Source of the DNA: a bacterium
Lineage (GTDB): Bacteria > Zhuqueibacterota > Zhuqueibacteria > Oceanimicrobiales > Oceanimicrobiaceae
Assembly: GCA_046757165.1 (NCBI GenBank)
Contig: JBHHXT010000022.1
Span: 1 to 44,212 of the forward strand
Direction of reading: 5' to 3'
Length of the DNA: 44,212 bases
In this document: piece by piece, positions 8,004 to 18,008 of the stretch
How positions within the stretch are numbered: position 1 is the stretch's first letter
How the letters are laid out: every line of letters begins with the position of its first letter
The notes under the pieces: model-generated
Database searches by the model: none
What the model was told of the DNA's origin: nothing
Seen by the model: only the letters and a program-made list of their open reading frames with translations
Made by a program: the position numbers and the translations under genes

Positions 8004-10757
8004 TCAAAAATTCAGCTTGAATCCCGCAATGGCCGACCGGCCATACTTTTCCACCTCGATATCATGTTTTTTGCCGGTTTCTGGGTTTGTGATGAATTGC
8101 CGAAAGCTCTCGTTGTTTAGATTTCGTCCCTCGACGAACAGCGTCACTCCCGGGATAATTCGTTTGTTGAGGGTCAAATCAAAACGGTCATAGGGCGCCA
8201 GGAATTCGTCCTCCTCAGCACTGTCCCCCAAACTCTCGAGCTGCTCGCTCTGGTATTTCCAGGCGATCTGCCCGGAGAAGCCGGCGCTTTCGTTTTCATA
8301 GCTGAGCGCCAGGTTGGCGATATGCCTGGACTGGTTCTCCAACCGGCTGTCTGGCCGTTCCTGGTCTTCTACAAATTGGGAATCAAAATCCAGATTGGAA
8401 TCTGTAAACGTATAGTTGGCGAGCAAGCGAAAGCCATTCAATCCGATGAACTCCAGGTCCTTGAGGAGTGCCAATTCAACCCCAAAGATTCTGCCGTCGC
8501 CATCTGAGTTTCGTTTCTGCAGGATATCAACCTCGGGGTTGTCGGGATCGGCAAATTTGAATTGGACAGCAGGGTTGGTAAAGGTCTTATAGAACACGCC
8601 CACCGACATGAGCCCGGCAAATCTGGGCTCGAATCGCTCGAGCATCAGGTCAACGCTGGTTGCGCGCACAGGATCGAGCGCCGGGTTGCCGAGATTCCGT
8701 CGCCCTTTTCGGATGAAGTCGAACGGCACCAGGTCGAAATACTCCGGACGACTCAGACCGCGACCGAGCGCCAAGCGAAGATTGGTATCTTTTTGAAGTT
8801 TGTAGCGCAGATGGATGGACGGCAGAAAGTCGGAGTAAGACTCGTCACTTTCCTTGCGATCGCCAGTTTGGGCCAAAGTTGGCCTGAAAACGTAGGCGCT
8901 TTTTGTGCGCTCCAGCCTGAAACCGGCGAGCACCATGAACTTCGTGCCAACCCTCAGCTCGCTTTGGACGTAGCCAGCCAGGATGTCTTCGTCGGCATCA
9001 TAGTTTTCGGCATCTTTGTCTGGTCGGTCAAAAAAGTCGTCCTCTATCTGGACCGGCACCTCAGGCTGAAATTCTTCCGAGATGTCCGGAAAGTGTGAGG
9101 TGTTGACACCCCCTTGCAGATACATAATCCCCTCGCCGTCGACCGGCTTGATTACGAGCTGTTGGCGCTGCAGATTGCGCTCTTTGAACCGGCCCTTGAG
9201 CCCAAACTTGAAGTTGCCACGAATTCGGCTGCTCTTGAACGGTTTCTTGACATTGAAAGCCACAACATGGTCCCAATCCTTCACATCGCGATTGACGGTT
9301 TCGGCCTCATCGAAGGCATATCCCAGCGGATCGTCCGGGAGGGTCAGGCCGAAGTTTTGTGCGGTGAATACCTGATTGGACGTGAGTGTCCTGTCCGCAG
9401 CCCCGAAGGCCAAAAGATATTCGCTCTCGAACTCTCCTTTGCGCTCGCCCCGGTTCTTGGTGAACGTGTAGTGATAATCGATCGTAGCATCGCTGGTCAG
9501 CGTGTGCTCTGCCCCGACACTATAGTATTGAATGGTCTGAACTTCCAGCCTGTCTTTGATCCGCCGCTTGATTTCTGGCTCGTCGGAAAAGCTGGTCTGG
9601 ATGCCATGCCGGTACTCCTGGTCGGAGAACCGGCTGTAGAAGGCGCGGAAATAGAACTTGTGGCCGAGGACGGGTTTGAAAAGAAGACTGCCATTCAGGC
9701 CAAACCGTTCCCGGTTGATTTCGTAATCCTGTTTTTCCACCTCGTCGACGCCGTCTGCGAGCGCTTCCACGCCGGCATCTTCAAAGGAGTAGCTGAGCTC
9801 GCGATTGTCGGTTTTCAAATAATTCTCCAGAAAACTGCCTGAGGCGATGTAGCCCAGCTTGCCATCCAGGAAGACATCGCCGGCCACGACGTTCAACCGC
9901 GTGATATCGGTCTGATCATGCTGCCGTTCCGGCACCTCGCGCTGGGTGAGGCCATAACCTGCGGCGGCGTTGAAAATGCGACGGTCGGGCGCATCTTTCA
10001 TAATCAGGTTGATCGTGCCACCGATGGCATCGCCATCCATCTCCGGTGTGGCGGCCTTGGCCACTTCGATGGATTCGATCAGGGACGCGGGCAGAACATC
10101 GAGCGCCACAAAGCGCTCGTCATTTTCGGCGCTCGGAATGCGCTCGCCGTTGATGAGTGAGGAGTTGAACTCGGGGCTCATCCCGCGCAAAACGGCAAAA
10201 CGCCCCTCGCCATGGTCTCGGGTGATTGAAATGCCCGGAATGCGCGTCAGTGTCTCGCTGGCGTTAACGTCCGGGAAGGTACCGATCAAATCCGAAGCCA
10301 CGATGCTGGTGATCGTGAGGGCTTTGTTTTGGGCGTGCAGGGCCGTGGCTTGTGACTGTGCCAACCGACCTGCAGTGACCATCACCTCGCCGAGTTCGAC
10401 GTCGCCAGGCCTCAGCTCGAAATCGAGGGTCACGACCCGATCTGCCAGGATCTGGATCTGAGTCTTGACACCGGTTTCGTACCCGATGAAAGCAACAGAA
10501 ATATCGTAAGTACCGGGCGGTACATTTGAAATGATGTAATACCCTTGCCGGTCTGTTGCGGCCCCGAGGTAGGTTCCGGCGATGACGACGTTGGCGCCCG
10601 GCAGGCCTGCCTCGAGCCTGGTGTCGGTCACTTTGCCGGTAATCCGTCCGTTTTGCGCCATGACCCGGACGGGATTGAGTAGGGCAACGGTGCAAACGAG
10701 TAGAACAACGGTCGGGACAAGACGCTTTCCCGATATGATCAGATGATATCGATCCAT
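8004..10757 (-). CDS. TonB-dependent receptor, paralogue of 2496-5291
   Basis: Same architecture; shared EVMVTAGRLAQSQATALHAQN and MDGDAIGG..NLIMKDAPDRRIFN; ends in KLNF. Confidence 0.95.
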   Translation of the reverse strand: MDRYHLIISGKRLVPTVVLLVCTVALLNPVRVMAQNGRITGKVTDTRLEAGLPGANVVIAGTYLGAATDRQGYYIISNVPPGTYDISVAFIGYETGVKTQIQILADRVVTLDFELRPGDVELGEVMVTAGRLAQSQATALHAQNKALTITSIVASDLIGTFPDVNASETLTRIPGISITRDHGEGRFAVLRGMSPEFNSSLINGERIPSAENDERFVALDVLPASLIESIEVAKAATPEMDGDAIGGTINLIMKDAPDRRIFNAAAGYGLTQREVPERQHDQTDITRLNVVAGDVFLDGKLGYIASGSFLENYLKTDNRELSYSFEDAGVEALADGVDEVEKQDYEINRERFGLNGSLLFKPVLGHKFYFRAFYSRFSDQEYRHGIQTSFSDEPEIKRRIKDRLEVQTIQYYSVGAEHTLTSDATIDYHYTFTKNRGERKGEFESEYLLAFGAADRTLTSNQVFTAQNFGLTLPDDPLGYAFDEAETVNRDVKDWDHVVAFNVKKPFKSSRIRGNFKFGLKGRFKERNLQRQQLVIKPVDGEGIMYLQGGVNTSHFPDISEEFQPEVPVQIEDDFFDRPDKDAENYDADEDILAGYVQSELRVGTKFMVLAGFRLERTKSAYVFRPTLAQTGDRKESDESYSDFLPSIHLRYKLQKDTNLRLALGRGLSRPEYFDLVPFDFIRKGRRNLGNPALDPVRATSVDLMLERFEPRFAGLMSVGVFYKTFTNPAVQFKFADPDNPEVDILQKRNSDGDGRIFGVELALLKDLEFIGLNGFRLLANYTFTDSNLDFDSQFVEDQERPDSRLENQSRHIANLALSYENESAGFSGQIAWKYQSEQLESLGDSAEEDEFLAPYDRFDLTLNKRIIPGVTLFVEGRNLNNESFRQFITNPETGKKHDIEVEKYGRSAIAGFKLNF

Positions 10758-10845
10758 TTTTTCCCTCCTGAAGGGTTGAAAGCAAAGTGAGTCAGATGCG
10801 GCTTTGCCGCGTTAGTGCTTCGTTACAAAATTCGACCTGTGATGG

Positions 10846-10874
10846 ATCCTACGTTACCATGTTCCTGGTGTCAA
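10846..10874 (-). promoter_or_regulatory. Sigma70-type promoter of the TBDR-cyclase-tonB-Ntn unit
   Basis: Minus strand TTGACA-17 bp-TAGGAT, about 90 nt upstream of the ATG at 10757. Confidence 0.6.
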
Positions 10875-10887
10875 CCGATTCTTTTTG

Positions 10888-10950
10888 AACGTAGATGGCA
10901 CCCCTTGTGCGTGCCCTCGGCTGGGCAGGCACAAGGCCTGCCCCTACGTT
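10888..10950. repeat. Inverted doublet of GTAG-family REP elements
   Basis: Plus strand AAC-GTAGATGGCACCCCTTGTGCGTGCCC; minus strand AAC-GTAGGGGCAGGCCTTGTGCCTGCCC. Each has a GTAG foot plus a GC hairpin. Confidence 0.75.
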
Positions 10951-11158
10951 ACCATGGGCCCGGGGTGCCGGCCAGGATACCAACACACGATCAGAGACTG
11001 TGTCGGAACCTGTCCTAGTAATTACACTGGCCTCATGCAAAAGTTGGAAAAAAATCTGTCGCTGTAACTTACATAATAACGTCATCGTAGCGCTGCGTTG
11101 TAAAGTCTTGCCGTTTCTTGGCAAGACGCAGCGCCTAAGGTGCGGGAGCCTTCCTTTC

Positions 11159-14100
11159 TTATTTCTGGGCAACCTCTTTGATCGATTTCTTGAACAACTG
11201 CTCGGCGTTTGAATAAGCCGCTTCAGCTTCCATGTAGTTGCCCTTCTTGTATTGCCTATCTCCTTTTCCGATCGCCTGCAAACCTTGTTGAAAGGCCGGC
11301 GTGGCTTTGGCTCGTTTTCTGGCTGCCAGAATTGTGGCGTCGATCGCTTTCTGCTTTGCAATCGAGGCGCGGTTTTGAAATTTCCCTGCCGTGGCGCGCA
11401 CAGCCTGCTGATATTTCGCTTCTGCGCTGCCGAACAGGTTCTCCGCCTCCGCATACTGCTTGTCATCAAGGGCTTTCTCTGCCCGATCCTGCAATTGCAT
11501 CGCCGCTTTGAAGTCAACGGACGCGAGCATTGGGGCCTGCTTGCGCTCGGCCAGAACTCTCGCCTGAACCATGCTTTTTCGCTTCTCTTTTAAGGATTCC
11601 GGCGGAGAGAGCAATTCTTCAGTCTCAGTGCTCGATGACTCTTTCAACCCGCCATCCTTTAAGGTAAAATAGAGCGGAGTGGCGACGATGAGCAGACCCA
11701 GGATCACAAGGGAGACCCTCTTGGTTCGGGTCGATGGGCCTCGCCAGGGTGCAAAGCCGTCTTGTGCAAGTGGTCCGAGCTCGCTCGAGAGCCGGGCTTG
11801 CGTTTTGTTCAGTTTCTTTAAACCGGAGAGCGCCCTGGCGTTCTGCCGGTCGATGCTCAGGACTTCCCTGAAGTACTCGGCCGCCCTGTCGAATTCGTAT
11901 TTTTTTAGCTCTGTATCTGCTTTGGCAAGGAGCTGACTTATTAGCAGAGCGTGCTCTAGTTCCTCCTGAACGGTTTTGAGTAGAATGTTGGCCTGGATGT
12001 CGTTCGGAGCGACTTCGAGAATCTGCTTCAGAACCTGCTCCGCTTTCTGGTACCGGTTGTGCTCGTAGTATTTCCTGGCCTGGTCGAAAAAAGAGTCGAG
12101 ATTCTGGAACTGCTTGAGTTTTCGTTTGCATTCAGAAATCAGGGCCGGCAGCTCCGCGTTTCCACTGTCCAGCTCGTAGGCCATTTGGAATTTGGCAAGG
12201 GCTGTTTCGTAGTTGTATTCTGCTAACAGTGATTTGCCCCTGGCAAGCAGTGCATTGCAGCGCTTGACCTTTTCGATTCTTTTCTTTGTTTGTGCGCGCA
12301 GGGCAAGGGTGTTTTCATGCTTCGGGTCGATCTTGAGCAGCTCGTCGAGCTTGTCGAGCGCCTGCTCGAGTTCGTTATTCTTCAGGCACCTCTGTGCTTC
12401 CGACATGAGCTGCCGGACACGTTCGCTTCGGTCGAGCCGCCCTTTGAGTTCGGATGCCAAGTGCTCGGCCTCCGCGTGCTTCGGGTCCAGCGTCTTGATT
12501 TGATCCAGTTTTTGCCTGGCCCTGTCGGTCTTGTGATTTTCCAGCGCCGCCCTGGCCTCTGCCAGCAACTGCGAGATTTGCTTCAAGTCGTTGATCTTCT
12601 TTTCACATGAACTCACCAGGGTCTCGATTTCCGGATCACCGCCTTCGATCTCCCGCGCCGATCTGAATCTATCGAGCGCCTTTTGATAGTTGTCCTTTTT
12701 CAGAAATGCTTTCCCCTGCGCGACCAGTTTGGAAACCCGGGCCTGCGTTTGCTGACCCTTTTGAGCATGCTCCAGCGCGGCGGCGGCCTTTCTGTTCTGC
12801 GGCTCCATCTCGAGAATGCGCTCAAAAATGGCGATCGCCTGGACAAATTGCTTGTTCTTTGTCAGGGTTTCACCCTGCGTGAGAAGCTGGGCAACCAGTT
12901 CGGCTTGCTCCATCTGCTTCTGACACCTCGGAATATATTGTAGCGCTTTGGCATGCCTGGGGTCGAGGACAATGATCTCGTTGAACCGGGAGAGGGCGCC
13001 GGTGAAATCGGCTTGTTCAAATAGATCTTTTCCCTTTGAGAAGAGCTCTGTTATCTTGCGCTGATTCTCGAGTGTGGACTGACACTTCGCCATCAAGTCC
13101 CGGATCTCCTGATTGTCCTGGTCGAGTGCCTGTGCGGAGCTGAAGTGGGCGAAAGCTTGCTCATACTTTTTCGCGGCCAGCAAAGCCCTGCCCTCTCTCA
13201 GCAATCCGGCCAGCTTCTTCAGGCGGGCGATGGTTTCTTCCGTCTGCTGCAGTGCGATAGTCGCCGTGACGTTTTCCGGTTGAATCTCGAGCACCTGCTG
13301 ATAAATCTCAGCGGCCCGCTCGAACTTCTGCGTTTTGACGCATGCAGCGGCTTCTGCAAGCAAGCCGGTAATATGCTCCTCTTGCTCGATTTGCTCGAGG
13401 GCTCTTGCGGTAAGTTTCTTTGCCTCAGCTTGCCCGGGTTCGATAGTGGTGATTTCACGGAAGGCCTGTAGCGCCTCTTCGTACCTGGCACCATCCAGCA
13501 GAGCTTTGCCTTTTGTCAGCAGATTCGTGATCCGTTCGATTTCCTTCAGCTTGCTCTCACATTGCGTCATCAAATGGCGCACTTCGCGGTTTTTTTGGTC
13601 AAGCTCGTGCGCCAGGGTGAAGTTTTGCAGGGCCTTGTCATAGCTTTTCTGAGCGAGGCACTCCTTGCCGTGAGAAAACAAACTCTCGAACTCCGTTTGT
13701 TTGGCCAGGGCTGCCTCAGCTTGCTCGCATCCGGCGCGGGCCCTTTGGTTGTGGAGGTCGATTTTCAGCGCTGCGCGGAAATGCTTCCTGGCCTGCTCAA
13801 AGTCACCGCTTTCCAGATGTGACTCGGCTTGCACCAGCAAGGTGTTGAGCCGCTCTGCTTGCTCAGCGCGCTGCTGGATTTCGGTGGCGAGGGCCCGCGC
13901 CTCTTTGTGGTTTGCGTCGATTGCGATGACCTGCTCGAGTACGCTCAGCGCCCTGTCACCCTTGCCTTTTTCCTTGAGTCCCTTTGCCTTGCCAAGAAGT
14001 TGACTGATTTTCTTGTGTTCGGCCAGTTTGGTGTTGCAGCGGGCAATCAGCTCTGCAAGCTCCGGATGATTCCGCTGCAGCTTCCTGGCCAGGGTGAATT

Positions 14101-16480
14101 TTGCCAGTGCAGATTCGAACTCCTGCCGCTCAACCAATGCCTTGCCTTGCTGCACGAGTTGCGCGAGCTGCCGGGCGACTCGGAACGCTTCTTCGGCCTT
14201 CTTCAAGCGCGCGGAGGCAACAGGGTGGCGCGGGGACATTTTCAAAACTTGCCGGTACAGCTTAACGGCCTGCTCAAAATCGTCGCTCTTAAAAGCTTTT
14301 TCGGCCTGGTCAAAAAGGTCAGCTATCTGTTTGTCGTCAGCAATTTGTTTTGTGACTTTCTGTGCGAATTCTTTTGCCTCGGGATGGTCCGGGACGAGGG
14401 TCAGGATTTCCTCAAACTGCGTGAGCGCTTTTTCGAGCTCTCCCTTCTGGAGCAATTTTTTGCCTTGAACGAGCCGTTTTCCAATCGCTTCCAGATCTTC
14501 CTTCTGAGATTCACACTGACCGATCAGGTTGATGACGGTCTGGTTGCTCTGGTCCAGATTCAGCGCGCTCTTGAAGAGCTCGAGGGCCTTGTCATAGTCC
14601 TTCTTTTCCAGCAGGCCCATTCCCTCATCGACACAATCCGAGATTTCATTTTCCATCTTCCGAATTAGCTTGCGCTGAATCTTTTGCAGGCCAGTGAGGA
14701 ACTCCTGCATGGAACCGTATCTGTCCTCGACTTTCTTCTGCAACGCTTTTTCCAGCACTGCTGTGAACTCCACTGGGACGTCTGCGGCATGTTTGTGCAA
14801 GGGCGGGAGAGCATCATTGACAATTGAAAACAAAATGGCCATCGCCGAGTCACCGGTAAACGGCAGGCGCGCTGTCAGAATCTGGTACAAAACAACGCCG
14901 AGCGCCCAGATGTCGGCACGGTGGTCGACCTTAAAACCTCTGACTTGCTCTGGTGCCATGTAATAGGGCGTGCCCATCGTCGAGCCGGTGCGGGTGATCT
15001 TGCTGGCGTCAGAAAGCTTGGCCAGACCGAAATCGACCACCTTGACCTGTCCGTCCGGTGCGATGATGATATTGGCCGGCTTGACGTCGCGGTGCACCAC
15101 GCCTTGTTTGTGCGCCTTTGCCAGACCCAACGCAATTTGAATGGTAATATTCAACCCCGTCGAGACATCGATACGGCTATCGCTGATCATCTGCTTCAGG
15201 GTTATCCCCTCGCAGTAGGACATGCAGATGAAGAACAGGCCTTCGGGTGTCTCATTGATCTCGAAAACGGTGCAAATGTTTGGGTGGTCGAGCGCGGAAG
15301 CCGCCTGCGCTTCGTGCATGAACCGTCGCTTCGCCTCCGCATCGCTGGTCAGGTTTGGCGCCAGCACCTTTAGCGCGACCGTCCGCTTCAAGCGGGTATC
15401 CTCTGCCTGATAGACAATGCCCATCCCCCCTTCACCCAACTGCTTGATGATGCGATAATGTGAAATGTGTTTGCGGCCTTTTTCGTTGATAAGCAGCGTG
15501 ATGGTCTCGAACTGCTTTTCGCGGTCGAGACATTGCTGTCTCAAGGCGTGCGCCTCGGAATGGTTGGGATCGATCTGCAGGATCTTGTTGAACTGAGAGA
15601 GGGCTTCATCGTAGCGTTGCTTTTCGCACAGGATGAGGCCCTGGGCCAGCAGCTTCTCGATTTTCTGGCCCTGGTCCGATTTGTCAACAATCGACTGCAA
15701 ATCCTTCATGATTTGGTCACAATCCTGATACCTGTCTTTGACCTCTTTTTCAAGGCACCTGGAGACGACCTCCTGCAAGTCGGCCACGAACGCGCTTTCC
15801 TTCAGGATGATTCTGTTGGGCTCTTCGTTGATGATTTTGTATATGACCGCCGTCGGGCTGCCCTCGAAGGGTTTGGTATAGCTGAGAAATTCATACAGCA
15901 GCACCCCGAAGGAGAAGATGTCAGAACGGTTGTCGAGGGGCAGGCCCTTGATCTGCTCGGGCGACATGTAAGCCGGGGTTCCGATCATGACCCCTTGCTG
16001 GGTGATGTCGCTCGACTCCGGCCGGGCAATGCCGAAATCCATAATCTTCACGCGGCCGTCGTCCAGAACCTTGACGTTTTCAGGCTTGATATCGCGATGA
16101 ATGATTTTTTGTGCATGCGCGGCGCGCAAGCCGCAGCAGATTTGAATGGCGTAATTGAGCTTCTGCTTCAAAGAGATCGTTGTGTTGTTGGCGATTAAGG
16201 TCTTCAGATCTGCGCCCTTCAGGTACTCCATGACAATATAGGGCATGCCATCGACTTCGCCCAGATCGTGCACAATGGTGATGTTTTCGTGAGAGACTTT
16301 GCCGGCAGATCTGGCCTCGCGATAGAACCGCTTCTTGACTTCCGGAGCTTCCAGCTCGCGCTGCAAAATGACCTTGATCGCTACCTCCCGGTCGATCTGC
16401 GGATCGTAGGCACGGTAGACCACGCCCATGCCTCCTTTGCCTAATTCTTCCAGTAACTCGTACTTTCCGATTCTTTTCAC
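11159..16480 (-). CDS. Membrane-anchored dual-domain Ser/Thr (Hanks-type) protein kinase with long TPR-like repeat array
   Basis: Kinase 1: [27 protein letters not shown]. Kinase 2: [27 protein letters not shown]. Then 18 helical repeats, a TM helix [17 protein letters not shown] and an Ala/Lys-rich helical extracytoplasmic tail. GTG start. Confidence 0.93.
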   Translation of the reverse strand: MKRIGKYELLEELGKGGMGVVYRAYDPQIDREVAIKVILQRELEAPEVKKRFYREARSAGKVSHENITIVHDLGEVDGMPYIVMEYLKGADLKTLIANNTTISLKQKLNYAIQICCGLRAAHAQKIIHRDIKPENVKVLDDGRVKIMDFGIARPESSDITQQGVMIGTPAYMSPEQIKGLPLDNRSDIFSFGVLLYEFLSYTKPFEGSPTAVIYKIINEEPNRIILKESAFVADLQEVVSRCLEKEVKDRYQDCDQIMKDLQSIVDKSDQGQKIEKLLAQGLILCEKQRYDEALSQFNKILQIDPNHSEAHALRQQCLDREKQFETITLLINEKGRKHISHYRIIKQLGEGGMGIVYQAEDTRLKRTVALKVLAPNLTSDAEAKRRFMHEAQAASALDHPNICTVFEINETPEGLFFICMSYCEGITLKQMISDSRIDVSTGLNITIQIALGLAKAHKQGVVHRDVKPANIIIAPDGQVKVVDFGLAKLSDASKITRTGSTMGTPYYMAPEQVRGFKVDHRADIWALGVVLYQILTARLPFTGDSAMAILFSIVNDALPPLHKHAADVPVEFTAVLEKALQKKVEDRYGSMQEFLTGLQKIQRKLIRKMENEISDCVDEGMGLLEKKDYDKALELFKSALNLDQSNQTVINLIGQCESQKEDLEAIGKRLVQGKKLLQKGELEKALTQFEEILTLVPDHPEAKEFAQKVTKQIADDKQIADLFDQAEKAFKSDDFEQAVKLYRQVLKMSPRHPVASARLKKAEEAFRVARQLAQLVQQGKALVERQEFESALAKFTLARKLQRNHPELAELIARCNTKLAEHKKISQLLGKAKGLKEKGKGDRALSVLEQVIAIDANHKEARALATEIQQRAEQAERLNTLLVQAESHLESGDFEQARKHFRAALKIDLHNQRARAGCEQAEAALAKQTEFESLFSHGKECLAQKSYDKALQNFTLAHELDQKNREVRHLMTQCESKLKEIERITNLLTKGKALLDGARYEEALQAFREITTIEPGQAEAKKLTARALEQIEQEEHITGLLAEAAACVKTQKFERAAEIYQQVLEIQPENVTATIALQQTEETIARLKKLAGLLREGRALLAAKKYEQAFAHFSSAQALDQDNQEIRDLMAKCQSTLENQRKITELFSKGKDLFEQADFTGALSRFNEIIVLDPRHAKALQYIPRCQKQMEQAELVAQLLTQGETLTKNKQFVQAIAIFERILEMEPQNRKAAAALEHAQKGQQTQARVSKLVAQGKAFLKKDNYQKALDRFRSAREIEGGDPEIETLVSSCEKKINDLKQISQLLAEARAALENHKTDRARQKLDQIKTLDPKHAEAEHLASELKGRLDRSERVRQLMSEAQRCLKNNELEQALDKLDELLKIDPKHENTLALRAQTKKRIEKVKRCNALLARGKSLLAEYNYETALAKFQMAYELDSGNAELPALISECKRKLKQFQNLDSFFDQARKYYEHNRYQKAEQVLKQILEVAPNDIQANILLKTVQEELEHALLISQLLAKADTELKKYEFDRAAEYFREVLSIDRQNARALSGLKKLNKTQARLSSELGPLAQDGFAPWRGPSTRTKRVSLVILGLLIVATPLYFTLKDGGLKESSSTETEELLSPPESLKEKRKSMVQARVLAERKQAPMLASVDFKAAMQLQDRAEKALDDKQYAEAENLFGSAEAKYQQAVRATAGKFQNRASIAKQKAIDATILAARKRAKATPAFQQGLQAIGKGDRQYKKGNYMEAEAAYSNAEQLFKKSIKEVAQK
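11783..14644 (-). repeat. 18 contiguous 53-aa TPR-like protein repeats (6 x 159-aa super-repeat)
   Basis: ISDCVDEG... to ...QARLSS spans exactly 2862 nt = 18 x 159 nt. Units 1, 4, 7, 10, 13 and 16 share F..A..(L/I) and a Cys at position 44. Confidence 0.85.
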
Positions 16481-16677
16481 CGGACCTGTCCTTTAAATTA
16501 CACGACTACCGGTAACTCGCATGTGCTCTGCAAATCAATTTGCGGTGGACTTCCAAGAGGGTAATGGGAATCGCCAAAGATGAGGCATCGAATTCAAAGC
16601 AATGAACTCGAGGTCTTAGGTTGCAAGGGCGGAGACTGGGATCATTCCCGTTTTTTCTGAAAACCCCTCTCAGTTGT

Positions 16678-16705
16678 ATAATAACATAATTGCACAAACT
16701 GTCAA
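16678..16705 (-). promoter_or_regulatory. Sigma70-type promoter of the dual kinase
   Basis: Minus strand TTGACA-16 bp-TATTAT with an extended -10 TG. Confidence 0.55.
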
Positions 16706-16776
16706 GTGAAATCTTAGCGCTCTATCCCTCAGCACACAAGATTTGAACTCCCTATTTACGATCAGGACATATGTCC

Positions 16777-17934
16777 TTATTTCAGCAGAATCATTTTTCT
16801 TGTCTCAACAAAACTCGTCGTTTCGAGCCGGTAGACATAAACGCCACTGGGTACGGGCCGGTTGTCATCATCCAATCCGTTCCAGCGAGCAAGATAGTTG
16901 CCAGCGGACTGAAACCCGTCGAACAGCGTTGCGACTCTTTGCCCTAATATGTTGAAAACGAAAAACCTTACGACACCCGGGACCGGCAGAGCATAGGCAA
17001 TTGTGGTCTCCGGATTGAACGGATTGGGATAGTTTTGCAGCAGCGTCACGCTCTCCGGTAGAGGTCCGGCCATGTCCTCGACGCTGCTTGCCATCTCTTC
17101 GCTGATGCTGCCATTTTCGTAGGTCACGGCAATGACATTGCCGTCCGGGTCGTTGAGCTCGCTCTGGCTTTCGTCAAAGGTCAAATCACTTGTGCCGCCG
17201 GAGTAGTCGAAGAGCAAATCCACTAAAGTCGAGCTGTCTGCGATGGACACGGGGGTGAAGCCAGCCCAGGCCAGGCGCACCGAGCCATCTTGTGCATTTG
17301 CGACCAGGGTTATTCCCTCGGCCTGGTTCGCAACATCCGTATAGGCCAAAACCGATTGCTCAAAATTGACCACCAGCGAGATGGCGTTCACCTCATTGAA
17401 GCCGCTTACCGTGATCGGGAAAGTCACGCTTTCGTTCGTCGGTGCCTTCAGGGAAGGCAGGGTCAAGACCGTTGTCCCGCCTGCTGCGGCGGGGCTGACA
17501 CCGCCGTTCTCGAAGGTCACCGCGATGACGTTGCCATCCGGATCGTTGAGCTCGCTTTGCTGCGTGTCGAAATTCAGCTCGCTGGTGCCACCGTTGTACA
17601 CAAACACCAGATCAACGAGCGTGCCGCCATCGGTGAGGGAGACGGGCGTAAATCCGGCCCACGCCAACCTGACCTCGCTGTTTTGTGCATTGGCGACAAA
17701 TGAAATGCCGTCGGCCTGGTTTGCGAATTCTGTAAACGTCAGGACGGATTCAGAGAACGCCAGGACCAGCGAAACCGCGTTCACGTCTGAAAAGTTCGTG
17801 ACAGAAACGGTGAACGTGACGCTTTCGCCAGGATTGGCGGTCAGCTGAGGTATGCTCAGGGTCGTGTTTTGTGCAAACGCACAGGTTATGGTGAGCGTGG
17901 CCCATACGAGAGTTGCGCGATATATTTGCTTCAT
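16777..17934 (-). CDS. Secreted two-cohesin protein with C-terminal FlgD-Ig/T9SS-type sorting domain (mini-scaffoldin-like)
   Basis: Signal peptide AFA-Q; two similar ~125-aa modules (TLS.P.L.A...ESVTF...V..F..VNA.SLV..F..SVL...VRLAWAGFTPVS....TLVDL.F.Y.GGTS.L.FD..QSELNDPDGNVIAVT.ENG); LLQNYPNPFNPETTI...SGVYVYRLET...KMILLK. Confidence 0.8.
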   Translation of the reverse strand: MKQIYRATLVWATLTITCAFAQNTTLSIPQLTANPGESVTFTVSVTNFSDVNAVSLVLAFSESVLTFTEFANQADGISFVANAQNSEVRLAWAGFTPVSLTDGGTLVDLVFVYNGGTSELNFDTQQSELNDPDGNVIAVTFENGGVSPAAAGGTTVLTLPSLKAPTNESVTFPITVSGFNEVNAISLVVNFEQSVLAYTDVANQAEGITLVANAQDGSVRLAWAGFTPVSIADSSTLVDLLFDYSGGTSDLTFDESQSELNDPDGNVIAVTYENGSISEEMASSVEDMAGPLPESVTLLQNYPNPFNPETTIAYALPVPGVVRFFVFNILGQRVATLFDGFQSAGNYLARWNGLDDDNRPVPSGVYVYRLETTSFVETRKMILLK

Positions 17935-18008
17935 TCGATCCTCCTGAAGTTATTGATTCTCTGTTTGCAGGCGAAATACGCCTCGAGTTGTTGAACAAGT
18001 CTGTGGGC

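Noticed and set aside
10849..11517. 222-aa ORF overlapping the end of the dual kinase, a possible frameshifted extension
   Set aside because: Arg-rich, non-protein-like sequence that runs through the REP doublet and promoter; the kinase ends plausibly at its own stop.
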